64,000 nt of DNA, taken from NCBI GenBank assembly GCA_051294375.1, contig CM119267.1:10039458-10103457 (forward strand), read 5' to 3'. Both the position numbers and the translations under genes were made by a program. Source of the DNA: Paraspadella gotoi. Lineage: Eukaryota > Animalia > Chaetognatha. Below, in pieces: positions 35,701 to 49,082 of the stretch (its first letter is position 1; every line of letters starts with the position of its first letter). The notes below the pieces were generated by a model. It ran no database searches. It saw only the letters and a program-made list of their open reading frames with translations, and had not been told where the DNA came from.

Positions 35701-37487
35701 GTTGATGGGACGCGGCTCTTATTTCGAATTGTCAAGGAGCAGGCCCGATGACTGTTAAGTTGAAACAGCAGCATCGTTTCGACTTACCAAGCCGAAGAAG
35801 GTATTTATTTTTTAAAAAGTTCATCGCATGAACCGAGATTAAAATGTTTATACATTAAAAGATCACACATGGGAAAGACTGGTGTAAAATTTTTCTATCA
35901 TTTTTTTTTTATATACCTTGAAATGATAAAATAAAATGATTAAATTACTTTACTTGCGTATTGATACTAAATCAATACTGTGAAACTCATTCCGAATGCA
36001 ACAACCCATTAGTAATTACCAATTTTGTCCAATATCTCTCGCCATAATCATGTTCTTGCGAATTTCCCAAAACACTTTTTTTTTTATTTTCTATTTTTTT
36101 CTCTCTCTTATTTCTTCGCCTCAGGAGCAGTTTCCTCTCTTTCGTCTTCATAATTTCGAGACGACGACCAAGAAGACGATTATAAGGACGACGGAGCTTT
36201 TTCTCACTGCAAATTTTCACATTAGGTTTCATTTCGAGGTCCCGCGCGGTTTAACAAGGTGTTTAATTTAGTTTTAAAACGGCTTCGCGTACAGTCGTTC
36301 CAGACGCGACAGTTCCAGCTTTTTTTTTTTTCATCGATTTTTGGTTTGAAATAATTTTTCTTTTTATTTTTTTGCCTCATCCTTGGGCTTGGCTTGCTCT
36401 TAGGTCTTGGCGACCTTTATGTGTCAATCCGATAAAAATTTCTCTTTTTTTTTTTCACACGGCATGTTTCTGAGATTCGGTGAGTTTTTGACTGACTCCA
36501 TTTTTCATTCTTCGTTTATTGAAGAAAAATCTTGGGCTCTGAAAACGACTTCATTCGTTCCTTCATTCATTTTCCCTGAACTCGCATAGAACGTCAAGGT
36601 CGATCGGGGGAAAGTTCTTGCCTGCCAATGCAATAGTGCCATATATAGCGTCATTCTGCCATCGCGCCTTCGTGCCACTAATAACGGGCAAGAGATTGGC
36701 GCCTGGCTTCGAGTCTATTTATCATTTGGAAGTAAGAGTGAGAATTGTGGACGGAAGGCTTAATGATCTATATGCACTATTAAAGAATACGAAGAAGAAA
36801 GGAAGACAAGAAAAAATAAAAAGTTAGCCGAAACGAAAAAAAATGTACATAAATAGAAGCAACTAATAATAAAAAGAAATAAATATACATTCTAAAAAGA
36901 ATTGTATAAGCGAAAGATAAGTTCCGGAAACTCGAACGAATAACCGTTGCAGTGAGAGTCAGATAAAATTTATTACCTTCCATGCTGAGCGGAAGAGAGA
37001 GAGAGAAAGAGAACCACTTTATGCGGTGTTTTTAGGCCGACTTTCCGATGATGATCGGTAACATAAAATAGTGGCCTTTGGCTCGACAAAAATTCCAATA
37101 TCTCTGGAACGAAAGAGCGACGACTTTGACATCGACGCGAGTCGTTAGTCGTCGTTCCCGCCATCTTAGACTCTCAGCCTCGCCTCTCAAGTCCAAGGCA
37201 CCGTTCCGCGGGATGGCAGACCGTGAGTTTTTTGTTGTTTTTCCCACTCGCCCGTTAGTTGTGACCCCATTTCCCAGGATGTTCGACCTCGAGACGGCTT
37301 CGGCCAAAAGTCATCGAACTCAAACCACTCTCGCCTCCCTAAGCCGAGGAGCCCGAACTGTTTTCAACATTCCCTACAACACCCTTTTCACTCCCGACAA
37401 AAACTACTCGACAGACGAAGTCGCAGAGGAACAAAGAAAAAAAAAATGAGTCGCGAGGATGATTCTCATTTTCTCTCTCTCGTCTCT

Positions 37488-37545
<58 letters not shown>

Positions 37546-38394
37546 TCTCTCTCTTCTCTCTCTCCTCTCTCTCTCTTTCATTTTCCCCTTCTCTTTTTTT
37601 TATTTCTCTCCTTTTTTTCTTTGATTTATGCTGAGTCGACGAAGACTAATATAACTCAATGAGGACGACGGGTCAAAAAACATCGGGGTCATCGCGTTGT
37701 TAGCGATCTCTATGGCGACAAAGGCGAACGACAAATGATCATAACGAGGATGATGTTTCAAAATAAAAGTCAAAAGTATTCAACAATTTTACAAACTTGC
37801 TCGGGTTATCATCCTTGAATAAGAATTGACAGCTTTAGATTCAGTTAAGTACGGGAAATGTTTTAAACATATAGTTCTCGAAAGTTAGGAGCACGGGGTC
37901 TCTTTCAACGGGCATGGCTCAAGGAAAAACGTAGGCGGCGTGAATGAAAGCTCTCGTAAAAGCGGCAAAAAGAAAAAAGGACTCAACTTACCCTTGTGAA
38001 CGACATTAATAACACGACCGCGATAATCATTGTTATTATGCTTAAAACTTTACAAAGGTTATTGCTTAATCAAAGTTCAGAATTCGGTCAACGACTTTTC
38101 GACGGGGTCAACATTCAATAATCTCATCAGCATTCTCCCTGCAAATTCCCTCGCGTCGAAAACGTATAGAGCTCTTAACTATTTTAGTTTAATTGGCAAA
38201 CGTTGAAAGACTTTTCTTCAAGTCGTTAATTTAGTGATTTATGTGAGAACTAACGTGAATAAGATTAACCAAGTGAAAGTAAAAAAGACAAGATTTGAGA
38301 GTGATTAAAAAAAGTCTTGAGAAGAAAAAAAATAATAAAAAGGAAGAATAAAAAAGTCATCGTAAATGTCGACTCTTTAAAATAAGGCGGAACA

Positions 38395-38473
<79 letters not shown>

Positions 38474-38478
38474 CTCTT

Positions 38479-38512
<34 letters not shown>

Positions 38513-38656
38513 CTTTTCTTTTCTCTTACCTTTCGCCTATCTCTCTCTTTTCTCGCTCGAAAAAAAACAAGACCTAATTACAAGAGCGAGTTGTTCTCAC
38601 TTCTCACCTAAGACACTGAGAAACAATGACTTGAGAGAGAAGAGAGAGAGAGGCAG

Positions 38657-38694
<38 letters not shown>

Positions 38695-39189
38695 TGAATC
38701 GAGAACCCGCGGATAAAGCAAAGAGAAAAAACTTAATAAAAAAAGAGGGAACACAAAAGAGTGAAAAACTTTCGGGATCAAGTTGTTTAAACACGAATCG
38801 AGAGAAAGAAAGAGAAAAAAAAACTTCTTTCTTTTTTTTTTCTTTTCGGGTGAAATCGCGTAGATCGAGGAATTGCACGATGAGGAAAGGAATTTGGCAC
38901 AACTCGATTTGGATGTAGTAATAGAAGAAAATTTTCCGCGAAATTTGAAATATTTTGTAACTTGAAAAAGAGAGAGCGAGAGAGAGAGAAACTTGACTGA
39001 ATGGAATTAATAGAGAAGGAAAGGAAGGGAGTTACAACGAGTAAATGGAAATAAAAAAGATCAAATTGAAAAAAATAATATAGCTCGAAGTCAAAGGTTA
39101 GAAAAGAAAATTGAGAACAAAAAAGGACACGGGAAAGAAAAAACGCACGTCTCTTTTGAAAAAGTAATGTTAATATTAATGCTAATTTT

Positions 39190-39300
39190 AAGAAAGAAAG
39201 AAAGAAAGAAAGAAAAAAAGAAAGAAAGAAAGAAAGAAAGAAAAAAGAAAAAAAGAAAAAAAGAAAAAAAGAAAAAAAGAAAAAAAGAAAAGAAAGAAAG
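39190..39300. repeat. (GAAA)n / A-rich microsatellite
   Basis: Direct reading. Confidence 0.9.
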
Positions 39301-39890
39301 CAACAAAAAAACGTGTTTTTTTTTTCTTTAGGCGAAATTGGAGATTTATCCGAGGCGTACGAAATGCGGCAAACGCCTGATACGTGACGCCTGCCCGTCC
39401 CGCTACGGCCTGACGCGAAGCCTGACGCGTGAACGGAGCAGAAAAAAAAAAAGGGAGAGAAACGTAAAACGGAAGTTCAACACGTAGCAGGGTGAAGTCG
39501 GTGAGGAAGAGGAGGAGGAGGAGGAGGAGGAGGACGAAGAGCAACAACTCGAATTCCTCCACGGTTCCATTCACGTTCCGTCACGTGAAATTCTCTCCCG
39601 TCGGCTCGCGACGCGTTCCGTCTCGCGAGCTCACGTCGCGCGCCCGGATCAGTTTCGATGTCTGATTAAGAGCGTCGGCGTGTTTCTTGAGAAAAGTTAA
39701 ATTTTAGTTAGAACTCTAAAATGTCAGAACAATCACACGCACGACATCACAATCACAGCACAATCACTGTCCGATCACGTGACTACCATGACGCCAAAAA
39801 GTGACAGACTCTTAAAGAGGAACGAATTCGTGATGTAGCACGCCTACCGGAAACGTCAAAGAGATTTCGATCTAACCCGAGTTAAAAACT

Positions 39891-39965
<75 letters not shown>

Positions 39966-40341
39966 TTCCTCTGAATTCAAATCTTTGCATATCTTACCCT
40001 AATTTTCTCGCCAGTATGGTTTTCCCGGAATTTAATTAGAGCGATGACTCGGAAAAAAAACCCGAATCCTTAAAAAAAAATTTTTGTCCGGATTTTTTCA
40101 CTTAGAAAATTGCAAAATCTGGGGCTTTGCCAAAATGTTTTCTTTTTCTTTTCTCCTAAGCGTATAGAACAAGCAGAAATCTGAAGAACTAATTCTCCCT
40201 TCAAATTAGGAAAATTTAAAGGATTTAAAAGGAAAATTTTCCTCAAAAAGCTGAAGCGAATGGGTTATTTGGGAAAATCCGATTCCATATTCCGGAGAGA
40301 TTCGGAAGTTCGATGTTTGGGAAAAACAAGACTGTGTTTGC

Positions 40342-40376
<35 letters not shown>

Positions 40377-40975
40377 GGAGAGAAGAAAAAAGAAAGAAAG
40401 AAAGAAAGAGATTGAATCTGACCGAAAACAGAGTATTTCCCGATCCTTAGAGACCCTCGGAAAGTCATCAGCTAAAGTTTTTTTTTTATGGATGTGGGCA
40501 CGTCTCACCTAAGCAATTTAACTTCCCTTATCTCTCATCAGTCTCCCTCACCCTCTTTCCTCCCAACTATATCAGTTTCTTTTTTTCTATCAGATTTCCG
40601 AGCATAAAAAAAAAAACCCAGGAGTTGAAATTAGCCCATATTTTCTCGGCAGATTCATCTTTCATTTCTCACATGGATGAACAGAATTTCCTCGATTTTT
40701 TCCTCCTTCCTCCTTTTCCATTTTTCCTTCTCCGTCGAGCGTCTCCTTTCGGCCTCCCCTCCCCTTTTCTTCCTCTTCCTCCTCCTTATCCTCCTCCTCC
40801 TCATTTTTCCTCCTCCTCTTCCCTCTCCATTCAAATGAGGCTGCTAAGAATGTTTTTCTCCTTTCATGTGTTGATTCTCGCCTCTTGATTTCCTTTCTGC
40901 GGTCATTTTCTTTTTTTTCGGCCCGCGAGATTCGACGGCACGCGGTCCCTCTCTCTTTCTCTCTCTCTCTCTTCT

Positions 40976-41040
<65 letters not shown>

Positions 41041-42288
41041 GCCCCTCACCAGCTTTGACCCTCTCTCCTCATCCTCACGCTCCCCGCCTTGCATTTTACG
41101 ATGCTTCCTATGTTAGGATGACCCACCTTTTAACCTCGCGTCTTTCCCCATTGTTCGGACGTTGCCCCCGAAACCCAGGCAGTCAAGCATTCACCCCGGC
41201 CCTTCCCCTCCCCTATCACCCCACTTTCAGCCCACCCCCTTTTCTCAGTTTCATCTCCTCCGCCCGAAACTCACTTTTCCTTCTCCAAGTTTTTTTTTTC
41301 CGCTCGGAACGAATCTCGATTGATGAGGAGAGAAGACAACGAATGGAAATAAATTTGTTGGACGGATTTCTTGGAAACCGACGACGACGTCTTCAAACGA
41401 CGACGACGACGACGACTGATGTTTCCGTCACTGCCATTTCGATTTCCCCAAACATTAATAAGTTATTCCTTTCCTGACCTTAAAATTTATTTCCTCTAAT
41501 CTTCTCTCGAATCCACCGATCTGTCAATTCTCATTGAAACGTAAAATATTCGTTATATTCCTTCTACGTAGACCTTTTTATCCTAATCTCGACTCGTTCG
41601 TCCCTTCACAGTCAACGTATTAGTTAAACAGTTAAAACACATTTGATACCAAAGCTCTTCTCTCTCAATCCGTCGCTGCCTCACAATCACATTTCCGTCG
41701 ATCTTCTGTTTTTTCTTCCCTTCTTATCCGTTTCCTGTTTTCGTCTCTCTGTTTCGCTTCTGTTCTGCCGCGGCCACGGATTATCCTGCGGTCGCCGAGT
41801 CGGCTGCCGCTTCCGCTGCTCTCTTCCCGCTGCAGTTATTTTTACTCCCCCCAAGCTCCCCCCCCCCCGATTTTAAAAACTTCATGAATCCCCGCAGTCT
41901 TAGGCTCGGAAGCGAGCATTAAGCCAAACTTTTTTTTTCCTCCCCCTCTTTTTTTTTTCATAACTGCATCTCTCTCTCTCTCTGTCTCTCTCTTCTCTCC
42001 TCTTCTCTCTCTCTCTCTCTTCTCTCTCTCTCTTCTCTCTCTCTCTGGTTTAATTTCTTTTCTCTCTCCAATTTTCCGATTTTTCCCTCACCGCCCTCGT
42101 CGGGTTAAATTTCCTTCCGCGATTTTTTTTAAATTTATTTTTAGTTTTTCTTTTTTTATTTTCTTGCCGTCGCTATCTGTCGGTTAGTCCTTTGTTGAAT
42201 TGGATTCAATGTCGACGCCAGCGCCGCCGTCGGCGAATGAGTGAAAAATAGAAAATCGAGTCTTGGATGCCATCATTTTAATATGAAT

Positions 42289-42372
42289 TCTCTCTTCTCT
42301 TCTCTTCTCTTCTCTTCTCTTCTCTTCTCTTCTCTTCTCTTCTCTTCTCTTCTCTTCTCTTCACTTCACTTC
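42289..42372. repeat. (CTCTT)n pentanucleotide microsatellite
   Basis: About 14 CTCTT units followed by CACTT variants. Confidence 0.95.
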
Positions 42373-42860
42373 ACATATTGTTTCTTTATTCCATTTCTCT
42401 CCCTGAATGGTTGCGGGCAGGGATTCCATCTTTCCCTCTCCTTATTCTGACAATCCGACACCGGCTCTTCTCACCCCATCTTCCTGACAGCCTCTCTCTT
42501 TCGTTTCCTAATCTTTCCAACTCCACCTTTGCTAATCTCCACCTTCTCTAATCCCCACCTTTTTACCCTCTCCATTCTCCAGCCATTCCTGACCCCCCTG
42601 AAAGATTTCACTTTTCCTCCTCATCATCATCCTGCCACTGATCATCATGGGTATCTCCTACCCTGCTCCCGCCTTTTTCCATCCGGAACCGCCCTCTTTA
42701 CTTCCACCCTTCTACGTATACCTCCTCCTCCTCCTCCTCCTCCTCCTCCTTTCCTCCATTCCCGACCCCATGGGCTCGCGACCGCCTTTTCAGCCGCCAT
42801 GGTGTCATGAAGTTGCCGGTTGGAACTCCTGGCTGCGGTCGGGACGCGGAGAGCGTTAGC

Positions 42861-42905
42861 GATCACGTGACTTGCAATCACGTGACTTGCGGATCACGTG
42901 ACTTC
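42861..42905. promoter_or_regulatory. Three tandem TCACGTGA E-boxes (USF/MiT-TFE type motif)
   Basis: atcacgtgactt occurs three times, with TCACGTGA at 42863, 42878 and 42894 (15-16-bp period). Function is inferred only. Confidence 0.45.
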
Positions 42906-43191
42906 GGCAATGGTTTCTCGGCACGCGGGGTTTCGACTGTTGATCGGAGAAAAATTGCGACGCGATGCGCAGCTGAGAATATTTTTGAAAAAGAAAGAAA
43001 GAAAAAAAAAGAAAATCCCTCTTCGCGTCGAGGGCTTTTGTGGGAATTAAAAAGAAGAACAGAAATCAGAACTTTAAGATAGATTGAGAAAAAGAAAAGA
43101 AAAAAACTACAAAGTATTTAAATTTTCTACTTTATACGAGGTTTAAAATTTCTTGACGTTTCATGTTCTTTATACTTTACTACGGTATAGA

Positions 43192-43320
43192 ATGAAATTG
43201 GAACAACCAATATAAAAATTATCCATTCATTTAATAAATAAGCTATCTTGTCCCTGACTTCGGACAGGCTTTGGTGGTTTAAGGCCTCCATCACACCTAC
43301 AAGATAATAACATAGCAGGT
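43192..43320 (-). repeat. Dispersed repeat family A copy (longer)
   Basis: atgaaattggaacaaccaatataaaaattatccattcatttaataaataagctatcttgtcc...caggctttggtggttt...tacaagataataacatagca; the extension is shared with ~57189-57322. Confidence 0.8.
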
Positions 43321-43701
43321 TTCTGCAGGTTTCTATGAAATTGGTATAGTATAGTATAGTATACTATAGTATGGTAGTAATTTATGTGTTGTATATAACA
43401 CAGAAATCGGAAAAGTTTTATTGACATTTATTAAAATGATGATAATCGATAGCGATAGAGGCGACGCAGAAAAGGGAGAGAAGAATCTTCTCTGCCCCAC
43501 GGTGAGACGTTTGGAAATGAAAGGACAAGGCCGAGCTGCGGTCTACTATTCTGACTCTGAGAGAGCCGGAGCGAATATGGGATCCCAGCGTGGGGTCTTA
43601 GCGCGGAGGAATGCCATCATCTCGGCGGAGTGAGGGAGTTTAGGGGGATAGAGAGAGAGANNNNNNNNNNNNNNNNNNNNNNNNNGAGGGCAGGGAGAGA
43701 A

Positions 43702-43739
<38 letters not shown>

Positions 43740-46700
43740 GAAGAGTAACGGTTAGAGAGAGAGAGAGAGAGAGAGAGAGACTGAGCCGGTGAGCACCGTG
43801 TTCCGCGCCGATCTACGCATTAATACTTGAAAATAAATACGAGAGAAATGGAATCTCCGTGATTCTACATATGGCTGTGTAACGGAGAGAATCTCTCGTA
43901 GGTAATACGGCCTACCAATGGATTAATTGGATATAGAAACGTCTGGAGTCACCGATCGAATAGTACGCAGCGCTGTATTTCAATAGAACGAAGAGGTGGA
44001 CATGGTGAGTAGTCAGGAGTATTGCCTCTATAGATATAGATCAAACGAGACGGAATCAAATCACGGTAGAATATTATAATACTGGAAAATTGCCAACGAT
44101 GCGACATACCATGTCTTCAGAAAAGTAAAACATACTAATACTCAGAATGTACAGCGGCTCCTTTGTGTCTATTAAAGTTTTACTGCACAGCTCGCACAGG
44201 GTCGTACGTCGTAGCCCGCGAGTATGATTTGGATACTCCTAAAGAAATGTGGTACGAGTACAACTGCGCACTTAATATATATGTTTTCTACGCAGCATCA
44301 CATAGTCTTAGATTTTTTTCCGGCGGCCATCCTAAACAAAAAATTTTTAAATTTTTTTTTAGCAGAAAATCAGAGAAAAACGGAAACCTGGTCGTATATA
44401 CCCAAACGCTCGCGCGTGTATATACAACCTCGATGATGGGTGGACCCTAGACACTTTAGAATAGAGTCTTCAAGCTCAAGAAGGTCCAAACGTCCGGTAG
44501 AGAGCCAACATAAAGTCTGCGCGAGGGGGCTCTCTGGAGAAAGAGCGCGCGAATGTCGGCGGCAGAGGAGCATCCGAAGCTCATATAAACGCGAGGTACC
44601 AAGACCGATATGCTTCTGTCATATATGCGGCGCGCTCTCAAGCGGGAGGCGTGGCTCAAAAAACGGGGTGAGGGGGGTGGTAGAATTAAAGGGAAAAGGA
44701 GAGGGATGGAGACGAAACGAGAGGGATTAACCCGATTTAAGATCAAAAGAGCAACATTAGAAGCCTTCTCAAAGCTCGCACGAGAGCACGCAAAATTGAG
44801 TCTTCACATCCAGATGGGGGTTTATTTATGAAAGATATGGAATGGCTGATATAAGGATCCCTTGCGTATTATGGACTTCTGTTGTAAGAAACTCGAGCTC
44901 GAGTATCGCCTAGCAGAAATCCTCAGAAAGTATTGTAATAAATATAGAAAAATATCGTTGAAATTTGGCGGGAGGTTCTAATTGAATAAACAAAAGTCAA
45001 TACAAATTTCCTGTCACTATAACAAGGAGGTCCAGGGAGCTGTTAGACGGAAATATAAAAAAAACAGCGCGGTAAAAAAATAATGAAATGACTTAGTGCG
45101 GCGGCGACCAGATCTTGGGCGACAAATATTGTAGCGTATAATATATATGAAAAAAAAAATTCAGACAGAATACAAATCTATTTAAAAAATTCTCCTTCAG
45201 GCACCATGACTATTCTCGATAGCTGGTCACTAGGAGGAAAGTGTAAGTTATTACATGTATGCAGAAACCGCTCTACTCTGAGTAAGAGATAGCATGATGC
45301 CTATCTCCTCGTGATATAGCTGCTGTCAAAAAGCGACAAGTACTGTAATATAATAGCGGCCTTTAAGATTGGCGTCATAAACTTACATGCTTCTCTATTC
45401 AACATCAGAATAATCATTTATGAAACATACCGAGAAAAGAAACAGAAAAATAATATGACATCTGACTCTATGGCGTACAAATAATGAGTTGATTCGTCAC
45501 GAAATAGTTAAATCATACAAAGGGTCCTGAATATGTCATCATCATGTCATGCTTCACACAATACGGTTAAACCGGCAAACGTAAGACGCTCGAGTATTAA
45601 CCTATAAAATAAAGCAATTAGGTAAATACATACGCAATACAGTATCTCCCAAAAACGCCTACCGGTGTCAATAGTAAAGTATATCTAGAGGATAAAGCGA
45701 ATACCACCCGAGTATCTATAGCTACGGATAAATAGCCAAATCTCCCTAGAGAGCCAGATATACACTGTACTACCTATATAAACAAAGCTGTATGTCGATC
45801 TGCGATCCTCCAGATCGGAAACTGATCTCTCTCCTTACATTGCTACCATACGTAATACTAACGTCGTTCTAATAAGCACGATCGCAGCAAGTCCCGTCTC
45901 GAAAACCTACAGGCGAATTGACTGGAGTCTAATTTGGGCTATGATAAAACTCCAACTGTAAGTATACAGGGCATAGACACACGACGAATAAAAAAGAACA
46001 ATAATTGCTCGTCTGACTGAGGGATGACTAAATACAATATCTCTGAAACGAGAAATAATCTGTGCACGGGCGGATGCGAATACGAGCGTCAATAAACGCG
46101 AAATCAAAATCGACGCCAGAGAGTTTCTTGTGTCTTTTTTTTTTTTATTTTTTTACTGCAAACGTGCGAAAATAAAACCAAAACCGATTTCTCGTTCTGG
46201 ACTTGAATGTGGCCGAAGTTGGGCGAATTGGCGAATTGTGTGCAGAACTCTCGAGCGAAAATGGGAGAATGGCGAATGGAAATCGACTGATGAACCCATA
46301 ACTGTGCGAATATGAGACGAAATAATGCGAATGGCGAATGGCGATGGCGATGTTTGTGTGTTGACCGGTTTCATGAGTTGGTTACACGCAAGCGGGAGCG
46401 AGTGTAAAAACGTTATACGTGGGTGGGAAGTGTGATAAGCGTTTGATCAATATCGTGGAAGTGAAGGTTATGGTGGTGCAGGATAAGAGTCGGGAAACTT
46501 CGCTTGATGTCGCCCCACGTGGCTCGAAATCGCTTCTTTTATTATATATTATTTTTTTATTTTATTGCGAGTTCTCTACGAAAGAGGATGATCTAATATT
46601 CCTTAATCCATTTATCTATCAATCGATAATGGAACTGAACTTAGTAAACTGAAATAAAGCAAGCGTGAGGCATGAACAATTAAAAATAAAAAAACCGAGA

Positions 46701-47868
46701 AAGGAAGGATGGACCAATCGCATTCGCAACCTACTTCAGAAATTCAGACGCTCGCAGAAAAAAAGAACTCCGCCCCCCACTTCCCCCCCTCCACCGGTCT
46801 CCACCCCCCTTCCACTTCCCCTCCCCTTATACCACACCCTCCCACAACTTCTACCAACCAAACGCCCCTTCCATCCCGCACCCTTCTATCGCGAAGACTC
46901 GCCGATTTCCAAATTTCGATATGATCATTACCTACGTTCGTTCCTCTCACTTTTCATGTCATTTTTAATAATCCGCTCATTTTATTGTGTATGGTTCTCG
47001 AGATATCAAAATTTGGAAACCGAGCCCTCGCGTTGCGCCACACATATGGAGTTTTTCGAAGGCCAAGTGCTTGGCGTCGTAACAGGGTTTCTATGAGTGT
47101 GTTTGAGACATAGAGATATCGCGTCTCGATAACGAGTATATAACTATATAATTATATATATATATATAAAGTCCGTCTTTGTGTACAATTTTCGTGTTGC
47201 AGAAGTGCGAAACTCTATAGCTACAAATGAGGTAGATCTTATTATATCTCTTGAACCACAAGATGGTCGTCATCCGAAGATTGCGGAAATGTGAAACTCG
47301 ATTAGGCGGCTTTGAAACGCGACATGTAAGGGCAGTGTGGAGTTGACGAAGACGAGGCCAATGCTTGCTCTTCGCGCTCCATGAGCTGGGGTCATTCTCA
47401 GTCCGCCAATCAGAATCAGTCACGATCCGTGTCTACAGAACCAGACAACAGCTGACCGACTGCTTTGTGAACCGGTTTCCAACACTGCATCTTTTTAATT
47501 TTTAGAGCAATTTTAAACCTCGGTTTTCCTCCTCAATGATAATCCCTCTCTCGGGTTCCCTCCCACCCCTAACGCCCGGCCCCCCCGACACGATTTTCCA
47601 TCTCTGTTTTGACAGTTTTTTTGTTCAGGATTTTCGGTTCGAATCTCAGCAGAGCATAGGCCGAAACGATCGCGAAATCGGCCCCAATGCGGATTAACGG
47701 CTACTCCTACCTCCCCCCCCCTCTCATCTTCATCTACTTCTCTCCTCTCTCTCTCTCATCTCTCTCTCTTTCTCTCTCTCTATTCTCTCTCTCTCTCTCT
47801 GCTCTCTCTCTCTCTTTTCTCTCTTCTCTCATACTACTTCTTCTCGTTCTCTCTCTCTCTGCTCTCTC

Positions 47869-47919
<51 letters not shown>

Positions 47920-49050
47920 GCAGGGCCTCTACCAATAACATCTCTCTCCTTTCTCGAAATTCGAAGGCGCGAATGTATTGATCGACGATGCTGCGGCACC
48001 CTACAAGTATCCCCTACCGCCCGATTGCGCGCCCAGTCTCACCAAGAAAAAGGCAACGTTTTCCCCGACGCGGCTCGGCCGCTTTAATCCGAACGGTCTG
48101 CTTGGGTTAGGGCGGCTCTCTCATAATGAGACTTGTCCGTCTTTCTAAAAAGTAAGTTCGCCGGTATCGATTCTATAGATTTGCCAAAGCGAGAGGTGAT
48201 ATAGAAGAAAAAGTTAATTTACTAGCGTTCTAAGCACCTCAACTGACCATTCTTTGCGACACCGGAATCATGGAATATCTAATGGTTTAAATCCTCTAGT
48301 CATGTCAGCAAAAAAGAGCCTCTCGGAACACTGCCCTCGGTGCACAATGCTATTCCTGAAATGAGGAGTCTCGAATTGACAAATCTTGCTGGCGGCACTG
48401 CATTTGGGTAGTATATTTATATAAACTTTGTGAATCGCGAGGAGATCGAGTGCTCACTAAAGCCCTCTACTAGGAACCGGTCAGGGGACGAAAAGATATC
48501 CATATTTTTCTTGAATTCAGACTGTCCTGGGTGCAAGATAGCTGGATATTATAATTTATATGAATATGGACTAATTTTTATAGTTGGTTGTACCCATATT
48601 TATATAAGTATATGGTATTTGAGATCGATTTCGTAGTAAAAGCACTAATATTATATTCTCATACGTCAACATTGCGATTTAATTTGCCACAATTAACTCA
48701 ATTTTTACGACTTGCCACCACGACTTGGCTAGACGACCTAATATACAAGCAGGCTCAACTTCAGTCAGGACAGGTATCTCGCACCACTACTCTTCCCGGC
48801 AAACTCGATTACCCCCGCCGGCCGCGTCCTGCGCAAAACAGCAACCAAATATACTCCCGGGCGAAACGCGCTGACCCCTTTGGCGACGGAAGGAAGCAGA
48901 CCAACAACAAAAAACAAAAGGACACCGCGAATACGAATCACTCTCTCTCTCTCTCTCTCTATCATACTCTCTCTCTCTCTTACTCTCATTTCTCTCTACC
49001 TCTTCTCTCTCTCTCTCTCTTCTCTCTCTCTCCTCGTCTACTCTCTTCTC

Positions 49051-49082
<32 letters not shown>

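Noticed and set aside
43686-48942. Genuine segmental duplication of ~50215-56956
   Set aside because: It starts at a 25-N gap and diverges by dense indels typical of uncorrected long reads; artefact or alternative haplotype is more likely.
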